Positions 56,269 through 64,000 of a stretch of DNA of 64,000 bases are shown here, in pieces (within the stretch, counting starts at the first letter, position 1; each line of letters opens with the position of its first letter). The DNA comes from an uncultured Acidimicrobiaceae bacterium (GTDB lineage Bacteria; Actinomycetota; Acidimicrobiia; Acidimicrobiales; CAIXPF01): NCBI GenBank assembly GCA_964453335.1, contig CAYVOK010000004.1:14682-78681 (forward strand). The letters run 5' to 3'. The position numbers and the translations under genes are program-made. Under the pieces are notes generated by a model. It did no database searches. It saw nothing but the letters and a program-made list of their open reading frames with translations, and was not told where the DNA came from.

Positions 56269-56859
56269 CTAGGACACGGGCCGGGGCAGCACCTCGGCCC
56301 AGAGCGGTTCCTGCTTCCACGCTGGCGGCGGCGGGGTGTGCCCCTCGGCGGGCGCATCGGCGGAGACGGTGCCGTCACGCATGTTGTGCAGGTAGCGGGG
56401 ACAGTTGAAGAACGCCCGACCGAGCCGCACCTCGACGACGAGCTCCGCGCCGACGAAGTCGGCACAGCTCGCCGCATCGGTGTGCACCGTGCCCACGCCG
56501 TGCAGACGCAGGCGCTTCGGTCGTTCGAAGTCGATGAACAGCAGCGCCACCTTGCCGGTGTCGACGATGTTGCCCACCGAGCGGTACATACCGTTGCCGT
56601 CGTAGCTCGGGAACCGGAGCGTGCGGTCGTCGAGCACGTGCACGAACCCGGGACGACCACCCTTGTAGGAGACGTCGGGCCAACCGTCGTCGTCGACGGT
56701 GGACAGGAAGAAGAAGCTCGCCCGCTCGATCATCCGCCGCTGCCAGTCGAGCAGCTCGTCGACGACGGTGTGCTGCTCGAGCCGATCGGCGAGCCGGACC
56801 GCGTCGTACTGCTCCTGCAGCCCCCGCGGGCCGGGCGGGTAGAGGCGGGGTGCGTCCAT
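56269..56859 (-). CDS. pyridoxamine 5'-phosphate oxidase-family FMN-binding split-barrel protein
   Basis: 196 aa. FFFLSTVDDDGWPDVSYKGG...FPSYDGNGMYRSVGNI...ALLFIDF. Confidence 0.75.
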   Translation of the reverse strand: MDAPRLYPPGPRGLQEQYDAVRLADRLEQHTVVDELLDWQRRMIERASFFFLSTVDDDGWPDVSYKGGRPGFVHVLDDRTLRFPSYDGNGMYRSVGNIVDTGKVALLFIDFERPKRLRLHGVGTVHTDAASCADFVGAELVVEVRLGRAFFNCPRYLHNMRDGTVSADAPAEGHTPPPPAWKQEPLWAEVLPRPVS

Positions 56860-56865
56860 GGGAGG

Positions 56866-56871
56866 AGCCTA
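56866..56871 (-). promoter_or_regulatory. -10 hexamer TAGGCT, 6 nt before the PNPOx-family ATG (leaderless pattern)
   Basis: Minus-strand read: TAGGCT cctccc ATG. Confidence 0.4.
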
Positions 56872-56874
56872 CGC

Positions 56875-57342
56875 ATGACGTCCCGGCTCGGGGTCGGGTT
56901 CGCCTACGGCGCCGATACCCTGCCGAGCATGCTGCCCGTCACCGTCGACACCCTGCGCGTCACCCTCCACGTCCTCGCCGTCACCGTGTGGGTCGGCGGG
57001 CAACTCACCCTCCTCGGTCTGCTCCCGGCGCTCCGCGCGCTCGGCGGCGACGCACCCCGCACGGTCGCCCGACGGTTCAACGTCGTCGCCTGGCCGGCGT
57101 TCGGTCTGACCGTGCTCACCGGCGTGTGGAACCTGCTCGCCGTCGACGTCGGCGACACGTCGCCCGACTACCAGGCGACGCTGTTCGCCAAGCTCTTCTT
57201 CGTCGCCGTCTCCGGCATCGCCGCGTTCGTGCACGGCCGGGGCGGGTCGAAGGCCGCGACCGCCATCGGCGGTGCCGTCGGGCTCCTCGCCTCCCTCGCC
57301 GCACTGTTCTACGGCGTGCTGCTCGGCGGCCCGACCGCCTGA
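56875..57342 (+). CDS. 4-TM membrane protein, hypothetical (CopD-like topology)
   Basis: 155 aa from ATG 56875 (SD GGAGGAG 7 nt upstream). This is the tail of the long artefactual track ORF 54715..57342. Confidence 0.55.
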   Translation: MTSRLGVGFAYGADTLPSMLPVTVDTLRVTLHVLAVTVWVGGQLTLLGLLPALRALGGDAPRTVARRFNVVAWPAFGLTVLTGVWNLLAVDVGDTSPDYQATLFAKLFFVAVSGIAAFVHGRGGSKAATAIGGAVGLLASLAALFYGVLLGGPTA

Positions 57343-57352
57343 CCGGACCGGT

Positions 57353-58243
57353 TCAGGACCGTTCGGCAGCCAGCTTCTCGAGGCGACGCGGCAGGTTCGG
57401 CAACGCGAGGAACGCCGCCCACGCCGCCACGTCGTCGGCCGGACCGGCCCAGCGCCACGCATCGACGGCACCGACCTCGGGGCCGACGGTCTGCAGCGTC
57501 GCGAGCTCGCGGTACAGGAACGCCTCGTCGCGTCGTTCGGCGAGCGTCGCCGCGAGCTTCGCCGCACCGCGCAGGCCCGGTACGTCCCACTGCCCGGGTG
57601 CGGTCGGCACACCGTCGAGCGAGCCGTAGACACCGAGCACCGCCGCCGCGCCCTTCGCCCCGAACCCGGGGATCCCCGGGATGCCGTCGGCGGTGTCCCC
57701 GACGAGCGCGAGGTAGTCGGGGATCGCGGCCGGACCGACGCCGAACTTCGCCCGGACGCCGTCCTCGTCGACCACGAGCTCCTTGCGCCGGTCCACCTGG
57801 ACGACGCGCGTCCCGCGGACGCACTGGCCGAGATCCTTGTCGGGCGTGAGGATCCGCACCTGTCGCACCCGCGGGTCGGCGTCGGCGACCGCCGCTGCGG
57901 CGGCGAGCGCGTCGTCGGCCTCGAAGTCGACCATCGGCCAGACGGTCACGCCGATCGCCCGGAGCGCGTCCTCGAGCAGCCCGAACTGCCCGAAGAGCAC
58001 CGGGTCGATGCCCTCGCCGGTCTTGTACCCGGCGAAGAGCTCGTTGCGGTACGACTCGATCACGTGGTCGGTCGCGACACCGACGTGCGTCGCACCCGAC
58101 TCGAGGAGGCGCACGACGTTGTCGACGACACCACGTGCCGCCCCCATCTCGGAGCCGTCCGCCGCGGCACGGGCCGGCACCGCGAAGTAGTGACGGAACA
58201 GCTCGTAGGTGCCGTCGACGAGGTGCGTGATCACATCCGCCAT
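57353..58243 (-). CDS. 5'-3' exonuclease / flap endonuclease (stand-alone PolI N-terminal-domain homolog, FenA-like)
   Basis: 296 aa from ATG 58241-58243. VDGTYELFR...ATDH...FEADD...LTPDKDL...VGDTADGIPGIPGFGAKGA (H3TH). Confidence 0.85.
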   Translation of the reverse strand: MADVITHLVDGTYELFRHYFAVPARAAADGSEMGAARGVVDNVVRLLESGATHVGVATDHVIESYRNELFAGYKTGEGIDPVLFGQFGLLEDALRAIGVTVWPMVDFEADDALAAAAAVADADPRVRQVRILTPDKDLGQCVRGTRVVQVDRRKELVVDEDGVRAKFGVGPAAIPDYLALVGDTADGIPGIPGFGAKGAAAVLGVYGSLDGVPTAPGQWDVPGLRGAAKLAATLAERRDEAFLYRELATLQTVGPEVGAVDAWRWAGPADDVAAWAAFLALPNLPRRLEKLAAERS

Positions 58244-58268
58244 TCTGACCCGGTCGAGCCCGGGGGGC

Positions 58269-58835
58269 TCAGCCCGTCGGGGCGAGCGCGAGCGCAGGCA
58301 CCGGTGCCGGGGGCCGACGGGCGAGGTGCACGTCGACGGCGGCCGCACCCGCGGCGAGCACCTCGGCGGTGACGAGCCGGACGGCGAGGTCACGCTCGCA
58401 GCCGCGCGGGTGCAGGTGCACGCCGACCGGGGCCCAGACCATGCGACGGTCGGCGTCGACGCGGATCGCCGCACAACCCTCGGCCGGAGGCGCGAGCACC
58501 CGGGCGGGTTCGGTGACCGTCGCAGCGGTGACCGCGGCGACCCCGCGGGACCGCACCGTCGGATCGAACCAGCCCGCCGTCGCCCGCCACCGGTCGAGCA
58601 GGAACTCGACGAGGACGAACAGATCGGGCTCGACCACCCGTGGGATGCCCGCCGACCGGTTCAGCCGGGCGAGGGCACCGTCGGGGTGGTCCGGTGACCA
58701 ACACCGCTCGAGCGCACGGAGCCGGTCGACCGCATCGCCGACGAGGGTCGCGGGGCCACCCTCGACACGCACCGTCGCGGACGCGCCGAAGGCCTGGACG
58801 GTCCGGGAGCGGACCGGGACGACCACCCGACTCAC
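58269..58835 (-). CDS. ApbE (FAD:protein FMN transferase)-like protein, short and motif-degenerate; possible relic
   Basis: 188 aa against the ~300 usual. The N-terminal pattern is kept (...S.....ALARLN, GWFDPTV). The LDLGGIAKG position reads LHPRGCERD, and the C-terminal third is absent. Confidence 0.4.
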   Translation of the reverse strand: MSRVVVPVRSRTVQAFGASATVRVEGGPATLVGDAVDRLRALERCWSPDHPDGALARLNRSAGIPRVVEPDLFVLVEFLLDRWRATAGWFDPTVRSRGVAAVTAATVTEPARVLAPPAEGCAAIRVDADRRMVWAPVGVHLHPRGCERDLAVRLVTAEVLAAGAAAVDVHLARRPPAPVPALALAPTG

Positions 58836-59146
58836 CGCCCCCGGTGCATGCCGTCGGGCATGCCACGACCGCCGGGCCCGCCGTCGTCGTCGAACCGGTC
58901 GTGCATCTCGGACGTCATCACGTAGGGGTCACGCCGGTCGCCGTCACCGTCGCGGTCGAGCAGCACAGCACCGCCGGCGCCGAGGACCACGCCGAACACA
59001 CCGGTCGCAACAGCGAGCGCTGCGACCTTCAGGCCACGACGGGACGCCGCCGCGGGAGGAATCGGCGGTGCGATTGGAGGCGCCGGCGCCGGGGCGTCGC
59101 CCACGGTCGGTTCGGTCGGTTCGGTCGGTTCGGATTCATCGGTCAT
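58832..59146 (-). CDS. 104-aa Pro-rich, single-TM protein, hypothetical
   Basis: SD GGAG upstream. (EPT)x3 N-terminus, one TM (VAALAVATGVFGVVLGAGGAVLL), acidic/His tail. GTGA overlap with the next gene. Confidence 0.45.
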   Translation of the reverse strand: MTDESEPTEPTEPTVGDAPAPAPPIAPPIPPAAASRRGLKVAALAVATGVFGVVLGAGGAVLLDRDGDGDRRDPYVMTSEMHDRFDDDGGPGGRGMPDGMHRGR

Positions 59147-59155
59147 CGGGCGCTC

Positions 59156-59182
59156 CGATCGGGTGGGGGGTGCCCCCGATCG
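59156..59182 (-). terminator. GC hairpin CGATCGGG-(11 nt)-CCCGATCG between the LLM gene and the small membrane-protein gene
   Basis: Read directly. It lies 75 nt after the LLM stop and 10 nt before the next ATG. Confidence 0.25.
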
Positions 59183-59257
59183 TCGCGGTCGATGGTGAGA
59201 ACGCCGTGAGAGCCGGGCGAACAGCAGGTAGGAACCCGCCCCGCCCGACGCGCCGGA

Positions 59258-60136
59258 TCAGTCGCCGAGCTCGTCGATGACCGACACCCACTCGTCGAGC
59301 CATCGCAACGTCGTGTCCGCGTCGTGGCGGTGCATCGTCTGGGGGGACACGACGATCCGCTCGACACCGAGCGACGCGTACATGTCGATCCGGGCCCGGT
59401 TCTTGCCGAACGCGAAGATCGAGATCGGGATGTCCTCGGCGTTGCGGCCAGCATCGGTGGCGAGGGTGCGGAACAGTTCGATCCCGCCCTTCGGATCGGG
59501 CTTGCCCGTGTAGTTGAGGAGCTGTGCGTCGATCGGGCACCAGTGGTCCGCGTACTCCGCGGCGTGGCGGATGCCGACCTTGCCGGCGTTGCCGAGCGCG
59601 ATCGGCACCGGCTGCTGGATCGGCTTGGGGTACACCCACGACTTCGTGAACCGCTCGTAGGTGCCGCTGAACTCGGGCTCCTCCTCCGTCCAGCACGCGC
59701 GCAGCGCAGCCACCCGCTCCCGCATGGCGGTGTACCGCTTCGAGAACGGCAGGTCGGGACGGTGGTTCGCGAGCTCCTCTTCGTTCCAACCGACACCGAC
59801 GCCGAGCAGCACACGGCCGCCGGAGAGCACGTCGAGCGTCGCCACCTGACAGGCGAGATCCAACAGGTCGTGCTCGAGCAGCAGCGTGATCCCCGTGGCG
59901 AGCGTGAGGTTCGTGGTCGCCGCAGCGGTCGCCATGAGCGACACGAACGGGTCCATCATGTGCCAGTACCCGTCGGGGAGTTCGCCGCCCGCCGGGTACG
60001 GCGTCTCACGGGACACCGGGATGTGACTGTGCTCGGGCATCCACACCGAGTCGAAGCCCCGTTCCTCGAGTGCACGTCCGAGTGCGTCGGGACGGATGCC
60101 GTCCGCGCTGTTCACCGACAGGTAGCCGAACTTCAT
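59258..60136 (-). CDS. LLM-class F420-dependent oxidoreductase
   Basis: 292 aa. RGFDSVWMPEHSHIP...TLDVLSGGRVLLGVGVGWNEEE. SD GGGGGAG. Confidence 0.8.
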   Translation of the reverse strand: MKFGYLSVNSADGIRPDALGRALEERGFDSVWMPEHSHIPVSRETPYPAGGELPDGYWHMMDPFVSLMATAAATTNLTLATGITLLLEHDLLDLACQVATLDVLSGGRVLLGVGVGWNEEELANHRPDLPFSKRYTAMRERVAALRACWTEEEPEFSGTYERFTKSWVYPKPIQQPVPIALGNAGKVGIRHAAEYADHWCPIDAQLLNYTGKPDPKGGIELFRTLATDAGRNAEDIPISIFAFGKNRARIDMYASLGVERIVVSPQTMHRHDADTTLRWLDEWVSVIDELGD

Positions 60137-60218
60137 GGTGATCTCCCCCGGGAACCCGGCTGTCGCGCCGGGACGAGCGCACGCTACCGGACGCGTCCGG
60201 GCGGCGACGCGGGGATCG

Positions 60219-60662
60219 TCAGCGTGGGGTGCGGTAGGCGGCGGGGTCCGGGCTGATCGCCCGGATGTACGCGATCACGGCGGCGACCTCGTCGTCGGTC
60301 AGTGCGTTGCGGGGCATGACCGTGCCGTACCCCTTCACACGCTCGGACCACGGGTCCACGATCGCCCGCCGCAGGTAGTCGTCGTCCGCGACGACCTTGC
60401 GGCCGTCGTCGAGCGTGACGTTCGAACCCGCGAGGTTCTTCCACGTCGGCCCGGCGGCGTCGCGGCCGTCGACCGAGTGGCACGACGCGCAACCCTTCGT
60501 GCCGTAGAGCGTGCGTCCGCGCTGCGCCTCGGCCGACAGCGCGACATCGGGCTCACCGATCGCCTCGTCCTCGTCCCCGCCGCAGCCGACGAGCAGCACC
60601 AGGGCCGCGACGAGCGGCAGCGCCGCGCGCAGCACGCAGCGCAGGGACGGGCGCTGCGTCAC
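60219..60662 (-). CDS. c-type cytochrome, lipoprotein-anchored
   Basis: 147 aa from the GTG of a GTGA overlap (60659-60662). Lipobox LLVGC, heme motif CASCH, distal Met region GYGTVMP. Confidence 0.8.
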   Translation of the reverse strand: MTQRPSLRCVLRAALPLVAALVLLVGCGGDEDEAIGEPDVALSAEAQRGRTLYGTKGCASCHSVDGRDAAGPTWKNLAGSNVTLDDGRKVVADDDYLRRAIVDPWSERVKGYGTVMPRNALTDDEVAAVIAYIRAISPDPAAYRTPR

Positions 60663-61222
60663 CGGGTCGGCCACGACGGCACACCCGGGTCGAGCTGCAC
60701 CCCCGCGGAGTTCAGGAACCCCGAGACCATCCGGTAGAAACCCGCGCACACGACGAGCTCGACCATCGCCGTGTCGTCCCAACGTGCGGTGAGCCGGGCC
60801 CACGTCGCGTCGCTCACGCAGTCGTCCGCGCACAGCTCGTCGGCGAGCGCGATCAGGTCGCGGTCGCCGTCGCTCCAGGCGCCCTCGGTGACGGGGCGGG
60901 TGAGCAGGTAGATCTCGTCGTCGGTGAGGCCGGCGTCGCGGCCGATGACCGTGTGCTGACCGAACTCGTAGACGGAGCGACAGTTCGACCCGACCCGGAG
61001 GATGACGAGCTCACGCTCACGGTCGGGCACGGTCGTGCGGAACAGCAACGTCCCGCCCATCTGCGTGAACCGCTTCAGCACGTTCGGCGCATGCGCGAGC
61101 GTCCGCATGATGTTCAGCGGGTCCTCGCTCAGGTTCGTGCCGAGCAGCGGTGCCACCTCGGGCGACGGATCGGTGACCGGCGCGATGCGCGGGCTCGTCG
61201 GACGGGGACGGTCGTTCGCCAT
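60659..61222 (-). CDS. carboxymuconolactone decarboxylase (AhpD-like) family protein
   Basis: REL.ILRVG..C.S.YE...H core. I prefer ATG 61222 (MANDRPRP) over track 61246 because of the -10 box below. Confidence 0.75.
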   Translation of the reverse strand: MANDRPRPTSPRIAPVTDPSPEVAPLLGTNLSEDPLNIMRTLAHAPNVLKRFTQMGGTLLFRTTVPDRERELVILRVGSNCRSVYEFGQHTVIGRDAGLTDDEIYLLTRPVTEGAWSDGDRDLIALADELCADDCVSDATWARLTARWDDTAMVELVVCAGFYRMVSGFLNSAGVQLDPGVPSWPTR

Positions 61223-61229
61223 GCGAGGG

Positions 61230-61235
61230 ACGCTA
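61230..61235 (-). promoter_or_regulatory. -10 hexamer TAGCGT, 7 nt before ATG 61222 (leaderless pattern)
   Basis: Minus-strand read: TAGCGT ccctcgc ATG. Confidence 0.4.
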
Positions 61236-61261
61236 GCGGGGGCCACCGGCGTGGCCCACCG

Positions 61262-61663
61262 TCATTCCTGCACGAGTTCGATGAGCGTGCCGAAGCTGCT
61301 CTTGGGGTGCACGAAGGCCACGGTCGTGCCACGCGAACCGGGCCGCGGGGCCGAGTCGATCGGCGTGGCGCCGGCGTCGATCATCGCCTGCAGGGCGACC
61401 CCGCAGTCGGCGACGCGGTAGCCGACGTGGTGCAGACCTTCGCCGCGCTTCTCGATCGCCTTGGCGACCGGGGAGTCGGGCCGGGTGGGGGTGAGGAGCT
61501 GCACGTAGCTCTCCGCCACCTTGAGCAGCGCCTCCTCGACCCCGTCCGACTCGACGATCTCGCGATGGTCGACGGTGGCGCCGAACGCCCGCTGGTAGTA
61601 GTCGATCGCAGCCTCGAGGTCCCGGACGGCGATGGCGACGTGATCGATCTCGGTGAGCAGCAT
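61262..61663 (-). CDS. mce: methylmalonyl-CoA (ethylmalonyl-CoA) epimerase, VOC family
   Basis: 133 aa from ATG 61661-61663. IDHVAIAVRDLEAAIDYY...GEGLHHVGYRV...VAFVHPKSSFGTLIELV. Confidence 0.85.
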   Translation of the reverse strand: MLLTEIDHVAIAVRDLEAAIDYYQRAFGATVDHREIVESDGVEEALLKVAESYVQLLTPTRPDSPVAKAIEKRGEGLHHVGYRVADCGVALQAMIDAGATPIDSAPRPGSRGTTVAFVHPKSSFGTLIELVQE

Positions 61664-61670
61664 GGCCGAC

Positions 61671-61676
61671 ACGATA
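61671..61676 (-). promoter_or_regulatory. -10 hexamer TATCGT, 7 nt before the epimerase ATG (leaderless pattern)
   Basis: Minus-strand read: TATCGT gtcggcc ATG. There is no SD in the 23-nt gap after ccr. Confidence 0.35.
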
Positions 61677-61686
61677 GGAGGACCGG

Positions 61687-63039
61687 TCAGGCCGACGCCG
61701 GTCGGGGGGTGGCGGAGAACCGGGTGATGACGTCCTCGCCGATCCGGGCCCGCTTCTCCGGGTCGTCGATGCCGAGCCCGGTGGTCGGTGCGAGGCACAG
61801 CACGCCGAGCTTGCCCTCGTGCTGGTTGCGGTGCACCTGCCACGCCGCCTCCGCGACCTCGGTGAGCGGGAACGTCGCCGAGAGGACGGGCTGGATGGCG
61901 CCACGGTCGATGAGGCGGTTCATGTCCCACGCCTCCTGGTAGTTCGCGAAGTGGGACGAGACGATCCGCTTCAGCTTCATCCAGAGGTGCCGGTTGTCGT
62001 ACTCCACCATGTAGCCGCTCGTCGCCGCGCAGGTGACGACCGTGCCGCCCCGCTTGGCGACGAACACCGACGCACCCATCGTGTTGCGACCGGGGTGTTC
62101 GAAGACGATGTCGGGGTCCTCACCGACGAGGCCACGGATGCGGGCCCCGAGACGACGCCACTCGGCCTCGTCCTGGGTGACGTCGTCCTTCCAGAAGCGG
62201 TAACCGTCCGCCGCCCGGTCGATCACGTGCTCGCAGCCGATCGACCGCAGCAGTTCGGCCCGCTGCGGGCTCGACACGACGCCGATCGGCGTGCCGCCGC
62301 CGTTGAGGACGAGCTGCACCGCATACGCGCCGATGCCGCCCGTCGCACCCCAGATCAGGACGTTGTCACCCTGCTTCATGCGGGCGCCGTGCGACCCGAC
62401 GAGCATGCGGTACGACGTCGACGCGCACAGCCCGTTGACCGCGGCCTCCTCCCAGGTGAGGTGCGACGGCTTCGGCATGAGCTGGTTCGCCTTGACGATG
62501 GAGAGATCGGCGAGGCCGCCGTAGTTCGTCTCGAAGCCCCAGATCCGCTGGTTCGCGGCGAGCATCGAGTCGTCGTGGGCGGAGGGGTCCTGGTCGTCGA
62601 CGTAGTTGCAGTGCACGACGACACGGTCGCCCGGCTTCCAGTTCCGCACGGCGGAACCGACGCGCAGCACCACGGCCGACGCGTCGGAGCCGACGACGTG
62701 GAACGGCTGGTCGTGCCGGGCCCCCCACACCGACTCGCGGCCGAGACGGCCGAGGAACCCGAACGTCGAGACCGGTTCGAAGATCGAGGTCCAGACGGTG
62801 TTGAAGTTGATCGACGACGCCATCACCGCGAGCACGACCTCGTCGGGTGCGAGCTCGGGGGTGGCGACCTCGCCGACGTGGAGGGAGCGACGCGGGTCCT
62901 TGTCGGCCGACGCGACGCCCTCGAACATGCCGACCTCGTCCTTGCGGACGAACGCGGCCCGGTAGTGGTCGGGGAGCGGGAGGGCGGCGAGTTCGTCGCC
63001 GGAGGCACCCGCCTGGATCGCATCGAGGATCGCCTGCAT
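61687..63039 (-). CDS. ccr: crotonyl-CoA carboxylase/reductase
   Basis: 450 aa. Collinear with Streptomyces Ccr as I recall it: LDAIQ...ALPLP..YRA..V.KDE..MF.G...DKDPR.S.H...V..PEL...E.L.AVMASS.N.N.VWTSIFEP.STF.FL...IWGFETN.GGLA...SHFANY.EAW..NRLI. Confidence 0.9.
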   Translation of the reverse strand: MQAILDAIQAGASGDELAALPLPDHYRAAFVRKDEVGMFEGVASADKDPRRSLHVGEVATPELAPDEVVLAVMASSINFNTVWTSIFEPVSTFGFLGRLGRESVWGARHDQPFHVVGSDASAVVLRVGSAVRNWKPGDRVVVHCNYVDDQDPSAHDDSMLAANQRIWGFETNYGGLADLSIVKANQLMPKPSHLTWEEAAVNGLCASTSYRMLVGSHGARMKQGDNVLIWGATGGIGAYAVQLVLNGGGTPIGVVSSPQRAELLRSIGCEHVIDRAADGYRFWKDDVTQDEAEWRRLGARIRGLVGEDPDIVFEHPGRNTMGASVFVAKRGGTVVTCAATSGYMVEYDNRHLWMKLKRIVSSHFANYQEAWDMNRLIDRGAIQPVLSATFPLTEVAEAAWQVHRNQHEGKLGVLCLAPTTGLGIDDPEKRARIGEDVITRFSATPRPASA

Positions 63040-63048
63040 AGGCGACAG

Positions 63049-63077
63049 ATCCTAGAGATACGTGTATCCCTTCACAA
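63049..63077 (-). promoter_or_regulatory. candidate ccr promoter (-35 TTGTGA, 17 nt, -10 TAGGAT) overlapped by a Rex-operator-like box
   Basis: Minus-strand read: TTGTGA agggatacacgtatctc TAGGAT ctgtcgcct ATG. On the plus strand, 63060-63077 ACGTGTA-TCCC-TTCACAA matches TTGTGAA-N4-TTCACAA at 11 of 14 positions (right half 7/7). Confidence 0.35.
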
Positions 63078-63190
63078 GAAGATTCCTACCGGTAAGTAGG
63101 TTCATTCGTCCATCGACCTGCGGGTCGGGACGGACGCAACCGCGTACACTCCACCCCCACAGGCACGAAGCCCGTCCCAGGGGGAGGACA

Positions 63191-64000
63191 CATGTCCGCA
63201 TCCGTCATCGCCGCCGGCGCACGCACGCCCATCGGTCGGTTCCAGGGCGGCCTGACCGCCATGACCGCACCCCAGCTCGGCGGGGTCGCCATCGCCGCCG
63301 CACTCGAACGGGCGGGCATCACCCCCGACCAGGTCGACTACGTGTTCATGGGCCAGGTCCTCCTCGCCGGAGGCGGGCAGATCACCGCACGCCAGGCCGC
63401 CGTCGCCGCCGGCATCGGCTACGAGGTCCCCGCCACCACCGTGAACAAGGTGTGCCTGTCGGGCCTCAACACCATCTACCTCGCCCACCAGATGATCGCG
63501 GCGGGCGACGCCGACGTCGTCGTCGCCGGTGGCATGGAATCCATGACGAACGCCCCGTACCTGCTGCCCGCCGCCCGCGGCGGCTTCCGCATGGGTGACG
63601 GCGCCGTCGTCGACTCGATGATGTACGACGGTCTCACCTGCGCGTTCGACCACTGCGCCATGGGCGAGGGCACCGAACGCGACGCCACCGCCGAGAACAT
63701 CGCCCGCAGCACCATGGACGCGTTCTCGGCGCAGTCGCACGAGCGGGCCGCCGCCGCGATCAAGGACGGGCGGTTCGACGACGAGATCGTCCACGTCGCC
63801 ATCCCGCAGCGCAAGGGCGACCCGATCGTCGTCGAGACCGACGAAGGCGTCCGACCCGGCACCACCGCCGAATCACTCGGCGGGCTCCGTGGCGCGTTCG
63901 GTGGCGCAGGCAACGTCACCGCAGGCAACGCGTCGCAGATCTCCGACGGTGCGAGCGCCGTGATCATGCTGTCGGCACGCAAGGCCGCCGAACTCGGCAT
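63191..64000 (+). CDS. acetyl-CoA acetyltransferase (thiolase II, PhaA/AtoB-like), N-terminal 270 aa; continues past the window end
   Basis: Hand-translated from ATG 63191 (SD GGGAGGA): MSASVIAAGARTPIGRFQGGL...VNKVCLSGLNTI (active-site Cys)...GGMESMTNAPY... Absent from the track because there is no stop in the window. Confidence 0.9.

Noticed and set aside
58226-58240. Perfect 8-bp palindrome GTGATCAC near the 5'-3' exonuclease start.
   Set aside because: It lies inside the coding sequence (codons for DVITH), is short, and has no partner sites. Most likely coincidental.
59105-59135. Three tandem copies of a 9-nt unit (ggtcggttc).
   Set aside because: It is in frame and encodes (EPT)x3 at the N-terminus of the 104-aa Pro-rich protein. 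This is a minor coding micro-repeat, not a regulatory or mobile element.
63476-64000. Track ORF on the minus strand (174 aa) at the right edge.
   Set aside because: It is antisense to the clearly recognisable thiolase II gene that starts at 63191. Its translation is low-complexity Ala/Ser/Pro.

Overview
High-GC (about 70%) actinobacterial chromosome segment, densely coding. I call about 66 protein genes and one tRNA-Lys, and I see no rRNA, CRISPR array, transposase, integrase or phage gene. mshA and four F420-type LLM oxidoreductases point to a mycothiol- and F420-using Actinomycetota, but I cannot name the genus. Most long ORFs in the six-frame track are Arg/Pro/Gly-rich shadows lying antisense to recognisable genes. 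Content left to right: (1) A housekeeping block on the minus strand: hemA (partial), rex, proC, a histone-like/DksA fusion, mshA and an ABC1 kinase. (2) tRNA-Lys, then acyl-CoA metabolism genes: crotonases, a PaaI thioesterase, an acyl-CoA ligase and a B12-mutase large subunit. (3) A lower-GC glycan biosynthesis island of about 10.7 kb (24.4-35.1 kb), which is the only clearly accessory region. (4) aceE, prmA and a fused SpeD-SpeE polyamine gene. (5) A long run of lipophilic-substrate catabolic genes: P450, AtuA-like, SDR, CoA-transferase, Ltp thiolase plus DUF35, LLM oxidoreductases and acyl-CoA ligases. (6) ccr, methylmalonyl-CoA epimerase and a thiolase (ethylmalonyl-CoA pathway core). I found no convincing defence system or other clearly new multi-gene system. 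The best candidates for undescribed biology are the glycan island, with two unclassifiable large membrane proteins and an Arn-like lipid-linked sugar module, and a set of cis-elements. Those elements are a strong leaderless-promoter signature at 16 gene starts, a Rex-like box over the ccr promoter, and two hairpins that cover ribosome-binding sites. All calls come from reading the sequence and translations by eye. No searches or computations were run.
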